A stretch of 64,000 nucleotides of DNA from Eledone cirrhosa (Eukaryota), in the NCBI GenBank assembly GCA_964016885.1, contig OZ024740.1, forward strand, positions 304,048,001-304,112,000. The letters are read 5' to 3'. A program made the translations under genes and the position numbers. Shown here in pieces: positions 27,781-41,010 of this stretch. Within the stretch, counting starts at the first letter, position 1. The number at the start of each line of letters is the position of its first letter. The notes beneath the pieces were generated by a model. The model saw nothing but the letters and a program-made list of their open reading frames with translations, was not told the DNA's origin and ran no database searches.

Positions 27781-29007
27781 GAGCAATGTGAAATAAAGTG
27801 TTCTGCTCAAGGACATATCACATCACTGGAAATCGAGCTGACAATCTTACAATCATAAGCCGAACACCCTAAGCCCTAAACCATTTTCCTTCACACGAAA
27901 TCACATTAACATTCCAATTACACTTTACACAAACCACATCAAAATACCTACTTTCCTGTCTAGACTTTCATTGCCAGCCAACTCAACAATTAATTTGTCT
28001 TTTTCTATTGAAAGATAAAAGCTCAAAATGTCAAACTTCTTTTTCCATAAATTCCACGAACTTTCTTTTGATTACAATAACTCCTTTCTATACATGTTCT
28101 GCTTCACACACCTAGCTACCACAATTGCATGGCAAAACGCCCTCCAAATATCTTCTGACCTCCTGCTCATCATCATCATAATATGTTCACATATGAACAA
28201 AACATTTTTAGAAATCTTTAAAAAAAAAACCTGGTAGGACCACTTCTTCCAAGCAGCGATTAAAGCTAGAAGAATTCAACAACGCTACAATTATACAGAT
28301 ACTGTAGTGAATCATCATCATCATCATTTTTACGTCTGTTTTTCCACACTGGCATGGGTTGGGTGTGTCCTTCTCAGTACAGCATTTCTCCACTTGCTGC
28401 GTTTCTTCGTCATCTCCTCAGTGAGTCTCAGCAATTTGAGGTCAGCTCTCACCATCTCTGCTCAGGTTTTTCTCTGTCTATCTCTTCTGCTAGTATTTCC
28501 TGGTACTTCTACACTCATTGATTATCATCCATACGTATCACATGTCCATCCAATGCACTCCTTTCTCCTGCACACCACCTCAGATTCCTTTTAAACCCAG
28601 CTTCTCCCTCAGTTCACCCAAGCTTTGCCTTTCTCTCACATTTATGTAAATACTGTAACAAAACTATTATAAACATAAAACAAGAACACAAAAAATACCC
28701 TATCATAACAAATACAACCATGTCAATATGAAGAAAGGACCATCATTGGTTTCAATGAGGCGTACTTCAGTTTTCCAACCACTGGAACTGCCTGCTTATG
28801 AAATTAATATGCTGGCTAAGCATTGCACAGCTACAAATCATTTTGATGGACTTCCAAATGTTGCCAGCTACCCAATTTCACTCACAAGGTATAGGTTGAT
28901 CCAAGTGACCACACAGGGGGATCAAACCTGGGACCTAGTTATTGCAAAGCAAACTTCTTAACCATTTGACGATGATGCATCCAAGCAATGCAAGATATGT
29001 ACCTTCC

Positions 29008-29173
29008 ACCAATACTATGACTCAGACCCACCAATACTATGACTCAGAGCCATCAATACTATGACACAGACCCATCAAAACTATGATTGAGACCTACCAA
29101 TACTATGACACAAACCCACCATTTCAACATCTCAGACCCACTAATACTATGACACAGACCAACCAATACTATG
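29008..29173. repeat. ~22-bp minisatellite
   Basis: Unit ccaccaatactatgactcagac, ~7 diverged copies. Confidence 0.85.
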
Positions 29174-29266
29174 AATAAGTCATAGGGATATCTCAGCAAT
29201 CAAAAAGCCTCAAAACTTACCTCTAAAACACTTACAGCCTGAAGAACTTATTGCAAATACTCTTAA

Positions 29267-29498
29267 CCCTTTCATGACTGCATTTCTCATGAAATACACT
29301 CTATTTTAATTGATTAATGAAGAATTTTGAGGTATTTACTAAGATTATTAATTATTTCATTACCAAGATAGTAACTTAATGTAAGGTTTTTATATAAAAT
29401 TATGTTGGAAGATTTTAATTTAAATTGGAAACCTTTAAAATGGGTGGTTTTATTTCATAGAACCAGAGCCGGTTTTGGCTAGGTTGGTAACTAAAGGG
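29267..29498. mobile_element. piggyBac-like MITE
   Basis: TTAA|ccctttcatgac ... gtaactaaaggg|TTAA. Confidence 0.65.
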
Positions 29499-32419
29499 TT
29501 AATATGAGTCTATGACGAAGCTTCTACACTGTTACTCGATTTGTTAGAAATAGTAACCAAAGAGAAAAATCCTACAAGCACCAAATTTTACTATCATTGA
29601 CATGGTGATGGATTGGTAGAATCATTAGAGCACCAATAGTTAGTTATTAGGTTCTATTCATTCTAAGTTCAAATGACATCAAAGTTAATTTTGTCTTTCA
29701 TCAATCTGGGGTCAATAAAATAAAGTACCAGTCAAGTACTGAGTTCAAGTCATATCCCTATGATGTATCTTAGATGTGAATGAGGTTATAGTAGAAAACA
29801 AGATAAAACACCAGTAAAGTATTTGAATTCATTCCTTGCTGCTCATAAAAAAACAGACCTATCAACTCTCCCCATTTTAGCTCATTTCTCTCCATCTCCG
29901 TTTTAGTGAAAATGGGTATAGCTTTCAGTATGTAAAATCTTCCCATTTTGCCTCATTTGTCCCCGTTTTGGGACACTTTTTTTCATGGTGCTCTCCGATT
30001 GGGTTAAGAAACAGCACATTACAAGAATCTCTCATGACATATGCGATCACCCCAAATGCATAAACACATCTACAACAACTCTACAATACCATTCTAAAAC
30101 CAGAATCTACAATTTTAAGAAACAACACATTACAAGAATCTCTCATGACATATTCCTAAGTCGAAAGTTTAAAGCCTGTCTCAAGCCTGGAGGCTTGTCA
30201 GGCTGGTGCTTATCCCGGTTTTGTGGCGAAAAGTGACAGAGTTCAAGACTTCCCCACTTGAAAATCAGTAATTTTTCTAGGTTGTCTCCATTGATTTTTT
30301 TAAAAACCAGAATTAGTCATTTAGTTTACATATTGATACCCTAACCCATCCTATTTATTTTATAATGTATGGAATTTCTAGTAATGTTCTTTTTTTGTCA
30401 TGTGTAATGTTTTTTTAATATCTCAAGAAAATTAATTGTTGCAGGAATAATACCACTAAAAATAAAATTTCACCAGAGATAGACTATCAAAATCTAATAA
30501 GTGGGGTGGGGTGGGAAAAACCTGAAAACTTAATAAGTAGGGATGGTGGGAGGGGGGATTATTCGAAACCTGAGAGTACATCAACAACTGGCTTGCAGGA
30601 ACTGACGGCATAAGGGTAAAGAAAAGGAAAAAAAGCAGCATGTTGCACTCAATGCGATAAGCCACTGTATTTCAGATTGGATAGTATCATCGTCCTCTAG
30701 CCAAAGATGTATGGGATAGAAGGAAATTAGAAGCTGTAGATTGTACCTTGTTGTTCAACTGACATATCATTGATCTATTTTACTGGATATGAAAGGCTGT
30801 GGTGGAATTCTTTATTTAATTCAAGGTCAGCTTTGATTGAGTAGGCATATGATCAAAGCATTCCAGCTATCACTTCCCATATGTTTGTATATCAAGGACA
30901 ACAGTATGTTTACCAATGTGTCTTTGCTTTTTAAAAGTGTGATTTGAAGGAATTTGGCAACTATTTCTATTAGGTCAGCAGAGGAATTGGTTGAGACAAC
31001 TTGTGTAAAAATAATATATACTGTTTAAGCAAGTAATAGGCCTAGATTTCTGTAAAATTTTTCTTTCATTATTGTCTACAATATGTGACTGTGGTATGAG
31101 AAATCAGATTGATATGCCAATTTTTCCTTTTCCAGTCCTTTCAAATAGAACATCAACATACTGTACAAGTATCCAACTCTTAAGTCTCTGGTGTGTTCCC
31201 ATTATGCACCTTTAACACGGATTTCATGAAAATTAGTTACTAAAATGTTTTACTGCTGATGTTGGCCCAGTATTCCTTCCTGGTTACTATTATCTCATGT
31301 CTATGTAGAACAGTAGACAGGCAAAATCATTAGTGTCTGACAAAATGCTTTGTAGCATTTAGTTAGGGTTACGTTCTGAGTTTAAATCCTGCTGAGGTTG
31401 ACTTTGCTTTTCATCCTTTCAGAGTTGATAAAATAAGGGACCAGTCAAGTATTGGGGTCAATGTAATCAACTTGTCCGTTTCCTTAAAATTGCCTGCCTT
31501 GTGCTTAAATTAGAAAACACTAATGTCTATATTAAATCTTTTTGTTTTTAATGCAAATTTGCATGTTCTTTGTGTTACTTCTCAAATAAACCAATGGAAC
31601 AAACGTAATCCAAAAAGCGGAAAACCAGAAACTGACTTCTGGTTTGGATTGTTCTCCAGTCAAAGAAAAAGGATTCCACATCATATCTTCATTTTGCTTT
31701 AGTATCTTTGGTCAGGCTAAATCAAATTCCATAGTTTAAAACCAGTTATGATTTACAAACTGCAATGGGCTAAAAGAAAAAAGAAAAAGTGTAAAATATT
31801 TTGAACACATCCATATTTGAATTCGTCCTTGACATGACAGAATTGGCAAAACTATAAAATAGTTGGCTGTAAATATGTAAACATACAGAAAATACCTAAA
31901 ATAACAATCTCATTTGCTTTATTGATTGTATGTTTTGTAACAAACAAATTTATCACACAACAGTTTTCTGATCTAAACAAATTTATTTAGGTTTTTATAC
32001 ATGGCAATATTTATAACAAACAACAAAACAAGTTCATTTCGGCTGAGCTCCATGATTGAAGGGCGTTGAGAGGAAGAGGGGCGAGGTAATGAATAAAATG
32101 AACGATCTTCTGATCCAACAAGGAAGTCTTTACGCGATCGCTTTCCTCTTTTCTGAAGGGGCTTCCAAGCTAGAATACATAACATATATAATAACCAAAA
32201 TATTCATAAATGTAAAAACAGGAAATGAAACAATAAGATATATGTAAATTGATAGGAGAGGGGGAATATGATGTTAAGGCTTTCATACTTCTCTCCGGGA
32301 AAAAATTGGGACAATGTCACAATTAATAACAATCAAAACACCCAAGAAACCTCCTAACAAATGTGTCCGAACACGGAAAAGCCGAACTTCCACTGTCATC
32401 GCCTCCATCTCTTTGTATT

Positions 32420-32680
32420 AGGAGCAAATGGGGTCCCACGTGCTGGCCGCCCCACAGCCCCCGCGGACAGAATGGAGAAGGCGTTTCCCTCCCAGCCTGT
32501 GGCGTTCGAGACGTTCGGTGGCAGCTAAGTTCTTGTCTTCACTGGCAGCTCGCCTTACTGAGGTGACAGGTGATGCCCGTGAGGGTGCCTGGTTATTTCA
32601 GCACCTTAGCCTCGTCATCACCCGTGGTAATGCTGTGAGCGTGTTGCCGATTGTCGCACTTGGAGGTGAATTGCCCACCT
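32420..32680 (+). mobile_element. 3' fragment of a CRE-like RLE retroposon; related pieces at 33860-34460(-), 43745-43875(-) and 44440-44600(+)
   Basis: AFETFG...LTEVTGDAREGAWLFQHLSLVITRGNA. Confidence 0.75.
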
Positions 32681-34529
32681 TTTTTCTTTCTTTTTACTTC
32701 TTTCCTTTATCATTTTTGTTCATGATTTTATATTTTTTTGTCATTATACACGGTTTTGACATACACATGTAATTTGTTTGTGCTTCCGTTCTGTAGGCAT
32801 TGTATTCCAGTAATGCACTGGGTAATTGCTGGCCTTGTGCCTAAAGTAGAAACAATTATTATATTTCTGTTTATACAACTGTGAAAAATAAACATCCTAC
32901 CTATTTAAAAAAAAAGTTTTAATGTTCGTTCTAACGTTGCCAGGATATTCTAAATATTCCAAATTAGGTCTTATCACTTTAAACGTTTAGTTTTGTACTG
33001 TGAACAAGATTCAATTTTACTCAGCAACTATTATATGTTTTCTGAAATAACTTATCACCGCCAAAGCAACCTAAACATTTTAGCACTTGAAAACCACATA
33101 TTCTGAGAACTAGCAAACAAAATATTCTTTTAAAAGAGAAAGATGAACAATTACCTTTTGTTTTTCTCCCAAATTCTCTGCATTCATCATAATATTACAA
33201 ACATTACTACGTTATTCCATAGAGCTATTAAGTTACTGTTTATGTTATGTAAAATAGAGAATAGGAGCTTCCTTATTTTTAATGTTATATAACTTACATA
33301 TGTACACACATTCATCATATTTTAGAATTAGTTTTCTAACAAACAGACTATGTTATCGGCTGTTCTGAATCACTGTTCTTTTCTTTCGACCATTAATATA
33401 TGTTTATATTTTCATTCTGTAAAAACTATAAACAATTTATAATGTTATTTATACAACTGTGAACTTCGGAAAATAAAATATAAATTTGAAAATATTAAAA
33501 AAAGTATGTATGTTGAACATAAAAAAATATTGTTTGATTTCAGCAGTAACAATACCAATATTTATAAAGTAGTGTGCTTATGAACGGTAATGCTATAAGA
33601 TAGCTTACAAAAGTATTTAAAATAATTTTATTTGTCAGCATAACCGTCATCATGATATTGAAAAAGAAAAGGAAAAAAGAGAGAGAAAAGGGAAAGGAAA
33701 AAAAGAGAAAAAAACATACAAGCAAGTAATACACACATCTAGAACCACATACAACAAAAGGTAGGCAAAAGGGGTGGACAAACGAACTGCTACCAGACCA
33801 AAAGATAACGAGGGTGAAATAAAAAACAAACAAACAAACAAAAACAACCATCAATTCTCCACCAAGTGCGACAATCGACCGCACAACATATCACAGGGAT
33901 CAACGGAATATTTTGAGGTAAGCCAACACGTTGGCAGCATTATCGCGAGTGATGGCGAGTTTAAGGCGCTGAAACAACCAAGTACCCTCGTGGTAATCAC
34001 CTGACACCTCGGTAAAGGGAGCCGCTAACGGTGACAAGGACTTCGCTGTCAGTGGCCCAACTCCACCAAACTAGAACATAGAACAACTCGTATCCCTAAG
34101 TACATTTCGATACGGTTGGACAGGCAATGTGACTATGGACGAAATCCGATAACACATAACATTTTGAACTCAAAAATAATTTTTTGATAGTTCCCGGTAT
34201 TTTAGGATTTTATTCCGTTCGGTAACGGAAGCCGTGACCCTCACATTCACCGCGGCATCCATGATGTGGGAGGGAGCAAAAAAGTAAATTATTTTGGTAG
34301 TACATATTTGTAGGCTTTATGTCGGTATTCTTTATGTATTTCTGTTCCATGGACGACTTAGGGTGGCAACAGGCCATTTTACCGGTCAGGTATGGCGGCC
34401 TTGGTCTCCAATCTCACTAGCTTTGCCGGCGTATCTTTTGTCGGTAACCTCGTGCCGCGTCCTCGTCAGCAGGGTTCTTCAAAACACAACAGAACCCTCT
34501 GTGTTCAGAGAACGTGAAGCCGCCTGAGA

Positions 34530-35385
34530 GACGTGGGACGGTTGGGACTTAGCCCAGTAGACGTCCCTCCTCCTTCTCCTCCTGTTGAGGTCAAGTCCCC
34601 CCAACGCACTTGGGATGCCATCCAGTGCAGCCTGGCCTCAGACAGGCTCACGCGCCAGCTCGACCAGCACCGCCTTGCTTGTTTTCGTGCGGCCTCCAAA
34701 CCCCACCGTGGTGCCTGGCTCCATGCCCTGCCCTCCTTCTCCACTTGCACGCAGCTAGACAACCATAGCCTGCGAATCGGCGTTTCCCTGAGGCTCGGCC
34801 TCCGGATCTGCCACCCACACCAATGTCGCTGCGGTTCCACCGTGGACTCTTTCGGCCTCCCCCCGCTTTCCTGTCGCCACAGTGCCGGCCGCATTCCATG
34901 CCATGCTGCCCCCAACGATGTCATTAAGCATGGCTTGGACGCTGCAGGCTTCCCTTCCCAGCTCGAGCCGGTGGGACTGGATCGAGGGGACGGCAAAAGG
35001 CCAGATGGGATGACCATCTTCCCGTTCCACGGTGGCAAACCCCTCGTCTGGGATTCCACTTGCACCGACACTTTCTGCAGCCGCAACCTGGTGCAGTCTG
35101 CGACTGACCCAGGTTCTGCTGCACGTCGGGCTGAGGAGGCCAAACTCCTCAAATACCGGTCGCTCTCCGACAGGTTTGCGGTCCTACCCCTGGCAGTGGA
35201 GACTTCTGGTGTCCTCGGCCCCAGAGCTACCTCCCTACTCACCACCACAAGGCACTGAGCTGGCCAGCCACAGGTGTGAGCCCCGCGAGTTGGAGTGGCT
35301 TTTCCAGCGCGTCACCCTTGCCGTCCTCCGGGGAAACGCCTTCTCCATTCTGTCCGCCGGGGCTGTGGGTGGGCCCCATCGCGTA
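34530..35385 (+). mobile_element. CRE-like non-LTR retrotransposon C-terminus (Zn knuckle plus restriction-like endonuclease)
   Basis: AWLHALP, CRCG...LSC, KRPDG...WD, PLAVETSG, LRGNA. Confidence 0.85.
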
Positions 35386-35622
35386 CTAATACATTAGTTA
35401 AATACCATTCTTTCATCAGATAATACGCAGTTTCACACAAATGATAGAACGTCAAATCTAAGCTAGGATACAATTGTTCGATCACAAAATCATACATCAA
35501 TTCCGTAAACACTCACACAACCGCACTTCGCTGTACCATGCTAGGATGGCACTGAAAATAACATTGTTCATAGTGTATTTACCTTAACCATACGAATAAA
35601 CAAGAGTATCTCTGCCGGTGCC

Positions 35623-35653
<31 letters not shown>

Positions 35654-36059
35654 ATCGGTTCCTGCATGGATGGTTCCAGCAGCATATCGTTATTTTTTTC
35701 TTTGTTTTTTTTTTGAGAAAAGATTGCTAACCTCTCGCTTCATGCTTTTCCATGTCGGGGAAAAAAAAAAGGTGAGTGAAGTGAGACACTGTAAGTGATC
35801 TACCATGACCCTTTTCGCTGCGCAACACAACTGATTCAGAGAGAAAGAGAGAGCGGTGCGGGGTGGGATCGACCCCCCCCCCCCAGTACTTGACTGGTAC
35901 TTTATTTATGAACCCCTGGAGAATGAAAAGTGTTATTGATCTCGGCGGGATTTGTATTCATAGTAAAGAGGGCCAGAACAAATACCGCAAGGTATTCTAG
36001 CCGATGCTCTTACGGCTGTGATTTCGTCGTCTTGTGCAAGTATTAAAACTTATTATTTA

Positions 36060-36965
36060 TACAAGATTAGGTCAACTTTGCCTTTCATCTTTCCGAAGTC
36101 GATAAAATAAAGTACCAGCAACGCACTGGGTCGATTTAATCGACTTTCCTCTCTCCTCAAATCGTTGGCTTTGTACCTAAATCAGAAACCATTATTTAGG
36201 TTGACTTTGCCTTTCATCCTTACGGGGTCGATAAAATAAAGTACCAGTAATGCACTGGGTAATTGCTGGCCTTGTGCCTAAAGTAGAGACAATTATTTAT
36301 ACAAGGTCATTGGCAGTATCGGTAGAGGGCGGTGGATTGGCAGTATCGGTAGAGGGTCAGACACCATGCTTTCCAGCATAGTTACGTCCCTTTACGATCT
36401 GAGTTCAAATCCCGCCGAGGTTGACTTTGCCTTTCATCCTTACGGGGTCGATAAAATAAAGTACCAGTAATGCACTGGATAATTGATGGCCTTGTGCCTA
36501 AAGTAGAAACAATTATTTATACAAGGTCAACTTTGCCTTTCATCTTTTTGCGGTCGATAAAAGAAAATACCAGTAAAATATTGAGGTTGATACAATCGAT
36601 TTTCCATTCCCCCAAATTGCTGGTTTGGTGCCAAAAATAGAAACCATTATTTGCGGTGGATTGGCATTATCGGTAGAGAGTCGGACGCCATGCTTTGCAG
36701 CATAGAGTTACGGTCCTTTACGGTCTGAGTTCAAATCCCACCGAGGTTAACTTTGCCTTTCATCCTTACGGGGTCTATAAAATAAAGTACCAGTAATGTA
36801 CTGAGATAATTGGTGGCCTTGTGCCAAAAGTAGAAACAATTATTTAAACAAGATTATGTTAACTTTATCTTTCATTCTTCTGAGGTCGATAAAATAAAAT
36901 ACCAGTCAAGTACTGGGATCGATTTAATCGATTTTCCCCCTCCCTCAAATTACTGGTATTGTGCC
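36060..36965 (+). mobile_element. Tandem cluster of ~6 full and partial tRNA-SINE copies
   Basis: Repeated ctttgcctttcatc...gtcgataaaataaagtaccag; full copies at ~36328-36520 and ~36653-36845. Confidence 0.85.
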
Positions 36966-37274
36966 TTCTTATAAAAAGGAAGTTTATTTCCGAAAATGGA
37001 ATGAGGAGGGGGGGGGGGGGCGAGTTGGAGGAGAATTTACTGTTATTTCTACCACACATATACTGTCTTCCTCCGTGATGCTATCAATATATAGAGAGGG
37101 AAACACTACACCTCTCACTCAGCACCCGCCCTCCTCTCTCTATGTAAAATATTTATTGTCAGTCGGCCTGACATTTGACTCACTCTCTTTCTCACTACCT
37201 CTTTTTCTTCCCATCTGTATGTATATATCTATATATATCCTTATAATAAGGAAGTTTGTTTGTACATTGACCGC

Positions 37275-39025
37275 TGTGGGACTGCCGTGGGGGAGATTGT
37301 CGGGAATTGGAGAACGCCTGACCGGAAGCGGGAGGACGAGTGACGTCACATGAGTGTTCAGGGGCTACTCACTGGCCTTTTGCCTAGTTCGTTTCGTGTG
37401 AGGACGTGTGGTGTGAAGCGACTGAGAAATGCTCTGATACCCTAAAGTCGGATGTACCACACGTGAACGGTGGGCGACTCTGCTCAAAGTGAATCGAAGA
37501 CGCAAGGTAAATCCGAATGCCTCCGGTTACAAGCTAATTTCAGCGTTTAAAGACTTTCCCCATCTTTCGGCATTCTTACTCTCGGCAGCGTTTTTTTTCT
37601 TCCTTCTTTCTCTTCTTGGGGTATTATTGACTTTTACGATCTCGCAAAGGAGATGGCGGCGAAATTGAGAATGGGTAGTGAGGCGATCTAAGCCTTTAAC
37701 GGCGAAGGAGATGTCATCGCCTGGTTGATAAAAGTCAGATTGGTTGCCACGCTTCAAGGTATTGAGAATGTGGCTGGCCTAATCACTCTTTATCTCGATG
37801 GAAATGCACTGGCATTCTACCTCGAGATGGACGACTCAGACAAACTGAACGCGGAGAAGATAAAGCAACGTCTTAAGGAAGCGTTCACTGAGGGGTCTTA
37901 TTCTGTTTTCGCCAAGCTAGGCAAAGTGAGATGGATGGGAGAACACGTGGACGTATTTGCAGCGGAAATACGGCGGTTGGCTACGCTGGCTGGATTCACG
38001 GTAGACCGCGAAAGTGGTGTGCGGATGGCTTTTGTGAACGGGTTCCTCGATGAGAAATCGGTGAGGCTCTAACAGTTTCCTGGCATCAGAGAGATGAACA
38101 AGCTAATCGCGCAGGCCTGCGTAATAACACAAGACGCTGAGTGGTGGAATGTTGCAGCACTAGCAGCGACGGAAGCCCATGGCAGACGACTGCGAACGAC
38201 GAAAGGAGAACAGCCACTGTGAACATTCGTCCGCGTGCTTCAGAGGCCGGTACTTCAGGTGCCAGGGTCCGCACATGGCAAGGGACTGTAGGGAGTCATA
38301 ACGGCCAGACATAGTCTGCTACGATGTAAGCGGCCAGGTCACATTGCCAATAATTGCGACTAGGGAAATGGTCCAAGGGGACTACTGCGCCGGTAGCTAC
38401 CCCTGTGAGCGTGTAGAGGAGCCCTTGCAGTCGCTGTCCGTAGTGGAAGTTCTGGTGGTGATGGCGGGGGAAGCCATCATGAACCCTCATGTGACGTCAT
38501 TCGTCCTCCCGCCTCAGGTCAGGTGTCTCCCAACTTCCAGCAATTTTCCCCGTGGGACAGGTCGAAGAGTCGGTGCCACACAGGGCACTATACAGATATG
38601 AATGGCGACATCCGTGCACGGTACAACAACAGCCAGTGGAGAGAGAAAACGCATTCGTACGAGTGGGCGAAGAGGTTTGGGTCAAGACCCGAACGCACAT
38701 CTTAATCGGGGAAAGGGAACGGTAACGGCCGTAAATACCCAAAACAACGTGTCTGTGGATGGAATGCCACGTCACGTCTTGGACGTCTTGGCTGTCGTGG
38801 GGGAGATTGCCGGAAGCTGGGGACGTCTGACTGGAGGCGGGGGGACGAGTGACGGGTTCAGGGGTTACTCACTGGCCTTTTCCCCAGCAGTGAGGACGTG
38901 TGGTGTGAAGCGAGACTGAGAAAGACTCTGATACTCTAAAGTCGGATCTACCACAAGTGGACGGTGGACGACTCTGCCCAAAGTGAATCGAAGATGCAAA
39001 GTAAGTCCAAAAGCCTCCGGTTACA
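37275..39025 (+). mobile_element. Gag-only LTR retroelement remnant (Gypsy-like)
   Basis: Direct repeats 37275-37531 and ~38792-39025, both ending ctccggttaCA; gag-like FNGEGDVIAWL...YLDGNALAFY; knuckle remnants FRCQGPHMARDC and GHIANNC; no pol. Confidence 0.8.
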
Positions 39026-39193
39026 AACACTAAATAAAATTGATAATAATTAAGGTTATTCGTGTGTTTTCAATTAATCAGACCTGCATTATGGCTTGTG
39101 TATGTGTGTATATATATATGTCAGTGAATTCTTATATATATATATAGATATAGATAATGGCGTAGGCATTACAATACAACGGGAGGAAACATA

Positions 39194-39247
39194 ATAGTAC
39201 CACTGATGATGTCACAGATGTGTGACGAAAGAACTTTGATTGACTAT
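39194..39247 (+). ncRNA. Type I hammerhead ribozyme candidate
   Basis: atagt ac ca CTGATGA t gtcaca gatg tgtgac GAAA gaac TT tg attg actat; in a ~110-bp island between TA runs. Confidence 0.65.
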
Positions 39248-39522
39248 ATATATATAGTGGAGAAGGGCACAGTCACCATGTTTCTCAGAAACTTGGAATA
39301 AGCGGGGTTGGAAAATCAGTAATTTTGCTAGGTTGTCTCCATTGGTTTTATTTTTTAAACCAGAATTAGTCGTTTAGTTAATAATTGTTTTTTACTTTTG
39401 GCACAAGGCCAGAAATTACCCAGTACATTACTGGTACTTTATTTTATCGACCCCGTAAAGATGAAAGGCAAAGTTAATCTCGGCGAGATTTGAACTCAGA
39501 ATGGCAAGGGCCGTAACTCTAT

Positions 39523-41010
39523 TCAAAGTCGTTTACAGAACGAAAGCACAAACAAATATAATATAAAGGAAAGGGAGAAAGAAAACAGAAAAAAAGGAAA
39601 AGAAAGAGAAAAAAACCCACATCTGGGACCACATACAACAAAAGGCAGGCAAAAGGGGTGGACAACCGAGTTGCTACCAGAGTAAAAGATAACAGTATCG
39701 CGAGGAGCACTAGGAAACCTCTCTAATAATTTTTTAGGCAAGCCAGCATGCTCGCAGCGTTACTTCGGGTGATGGCGAGACAGATGCGCTGGAACAATCA
39801 AGCGCCCTCACGAGCTTCACCAGTTACCTCTGTTAGGCGAGCCGCCAGTGAAGATAGGAATCTCGCTGTCAATAGCCCGACTCCTCCAAACGTCTCGAAT
39901 GCCATAGGCTGGAAAAAGTAGTTGGTCGACAGATCACGGTATTTTAGGATTTTTTCCCGTTCAGATGCGGAAGCTGTGGCTCTCGACCCAACCACAGCAT
40001 CTTGGATGTGGGAAGAAGCAAAAGAGTGAATAACTGTGACGTCCCAGACAAGGCATCTACCTCTCGACCAGGGGCACAGGGTAAGGCCGTCAGGTCTTTT
40101 CGCATCAATTTTGGACAACCCAGATGGTTCCAAGATTAAGGGGATGTTTGCCCGGGCCAAAGCTCTTTTGAGAATAAGGTTTAGCTCCGTATGATGCGCG
40201 AAGCGACCGGCATTCAGGCGGCAAGAAAGAGCGTGGAGGTCTATGGAATCGAAGAGTTTACCACATCGACACCTCAGACCCGTACAGACGTCAGCTCCCG
40301 CCCTGAGTGCAATGGAGACGCGAAATTCGTCCACCAACGTTAGCCACGGGTAGGGCGTCAACCCAGTCACCTGAGTATTTGGCGCTGGCAGAAAGTAAGC
40401 GGCATCTTGAAAATTGATCCGACTGGACGAAGGGGGAGTCGAAGGTGGCCTTCGTACTTATGTTGTCCCAAGCTCTCTGACTTCGACTGCCCTCCACCTT
40501 GTCAGGAACAGACAAACCCAACCCACTCACTTCTTTCAGAGCTTCATCCAAATCCCTGTTGGAACTAGTCCATGTTGGAGAGCATGCTGCTCACCAGGGT
40601 GGAGCAGGTGTGGGTGGTGGAAAGGAAACCAGGGGGAGAGAGGGACGAACATTTACGAAGACCAAGACCACCAAATCTATGGAGAGAGTCTGACATTGAC
40701 CAAGCACTCGAGTCTCTCGAAGATTAGGTCGTCGAAGCGTTGGTGGAAGAACGGAAGTCTGTGAGAAGGGATGATCCTGAGCATATAAAGAAGCTTAGGA
40801 ATTGAAAGGTAGTTTCTGAGTATGAAAATACCTTGATGGGGTTTGATTGCTTCAATAATCTTCAGCAACTGCTCAAGGCCAACCATCTTCGATTGGAAGA
40901 TTGACTCGAAGGCAAGTCTGTAATTGGGGTTCCTAAGGAGCACCAAACCGACGGGGGGAGGGACCGCAATGGAAGGGAAGGGCTCTGTAAACAGGTCTAT
41001 GTATTCAGAC
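39523..41010 (-). mobile_element. CRE-like RLE non-LTR retrotransposon, 5'-truncated and frameshifted
   Basis: LSIPKLLYMLR; CRCG...HALSC; KRPDGLTL...WD; PMAFETFG; lies inside a split MITE. Confidence 0.85.

Noticed and set aside
31551-31564. Palindromic double octamer atgcaaatttgcat
   Set aside because: Isolated motif with no associated gene or snRNA visible
17500-33500. Possible host exons in the less repetitive stretch (e.g. 19004-19271, 31560-31720)
   Set aside because: No recognisable domain or convincing splice pattern; the 19.0 and 20.1 kb pieces resemble each other and look like old repeat fragments
34505-35248. 247-aa minus-strand ORF and similar antisense ORFs over RTE, CR1 and Helitron
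   Set aside because: Shadow frames of transposon coding sequence
36328-36420. tRNA-like A and B boxes
   Set aside because: SINE heads, not cloverleaf tRNA genes
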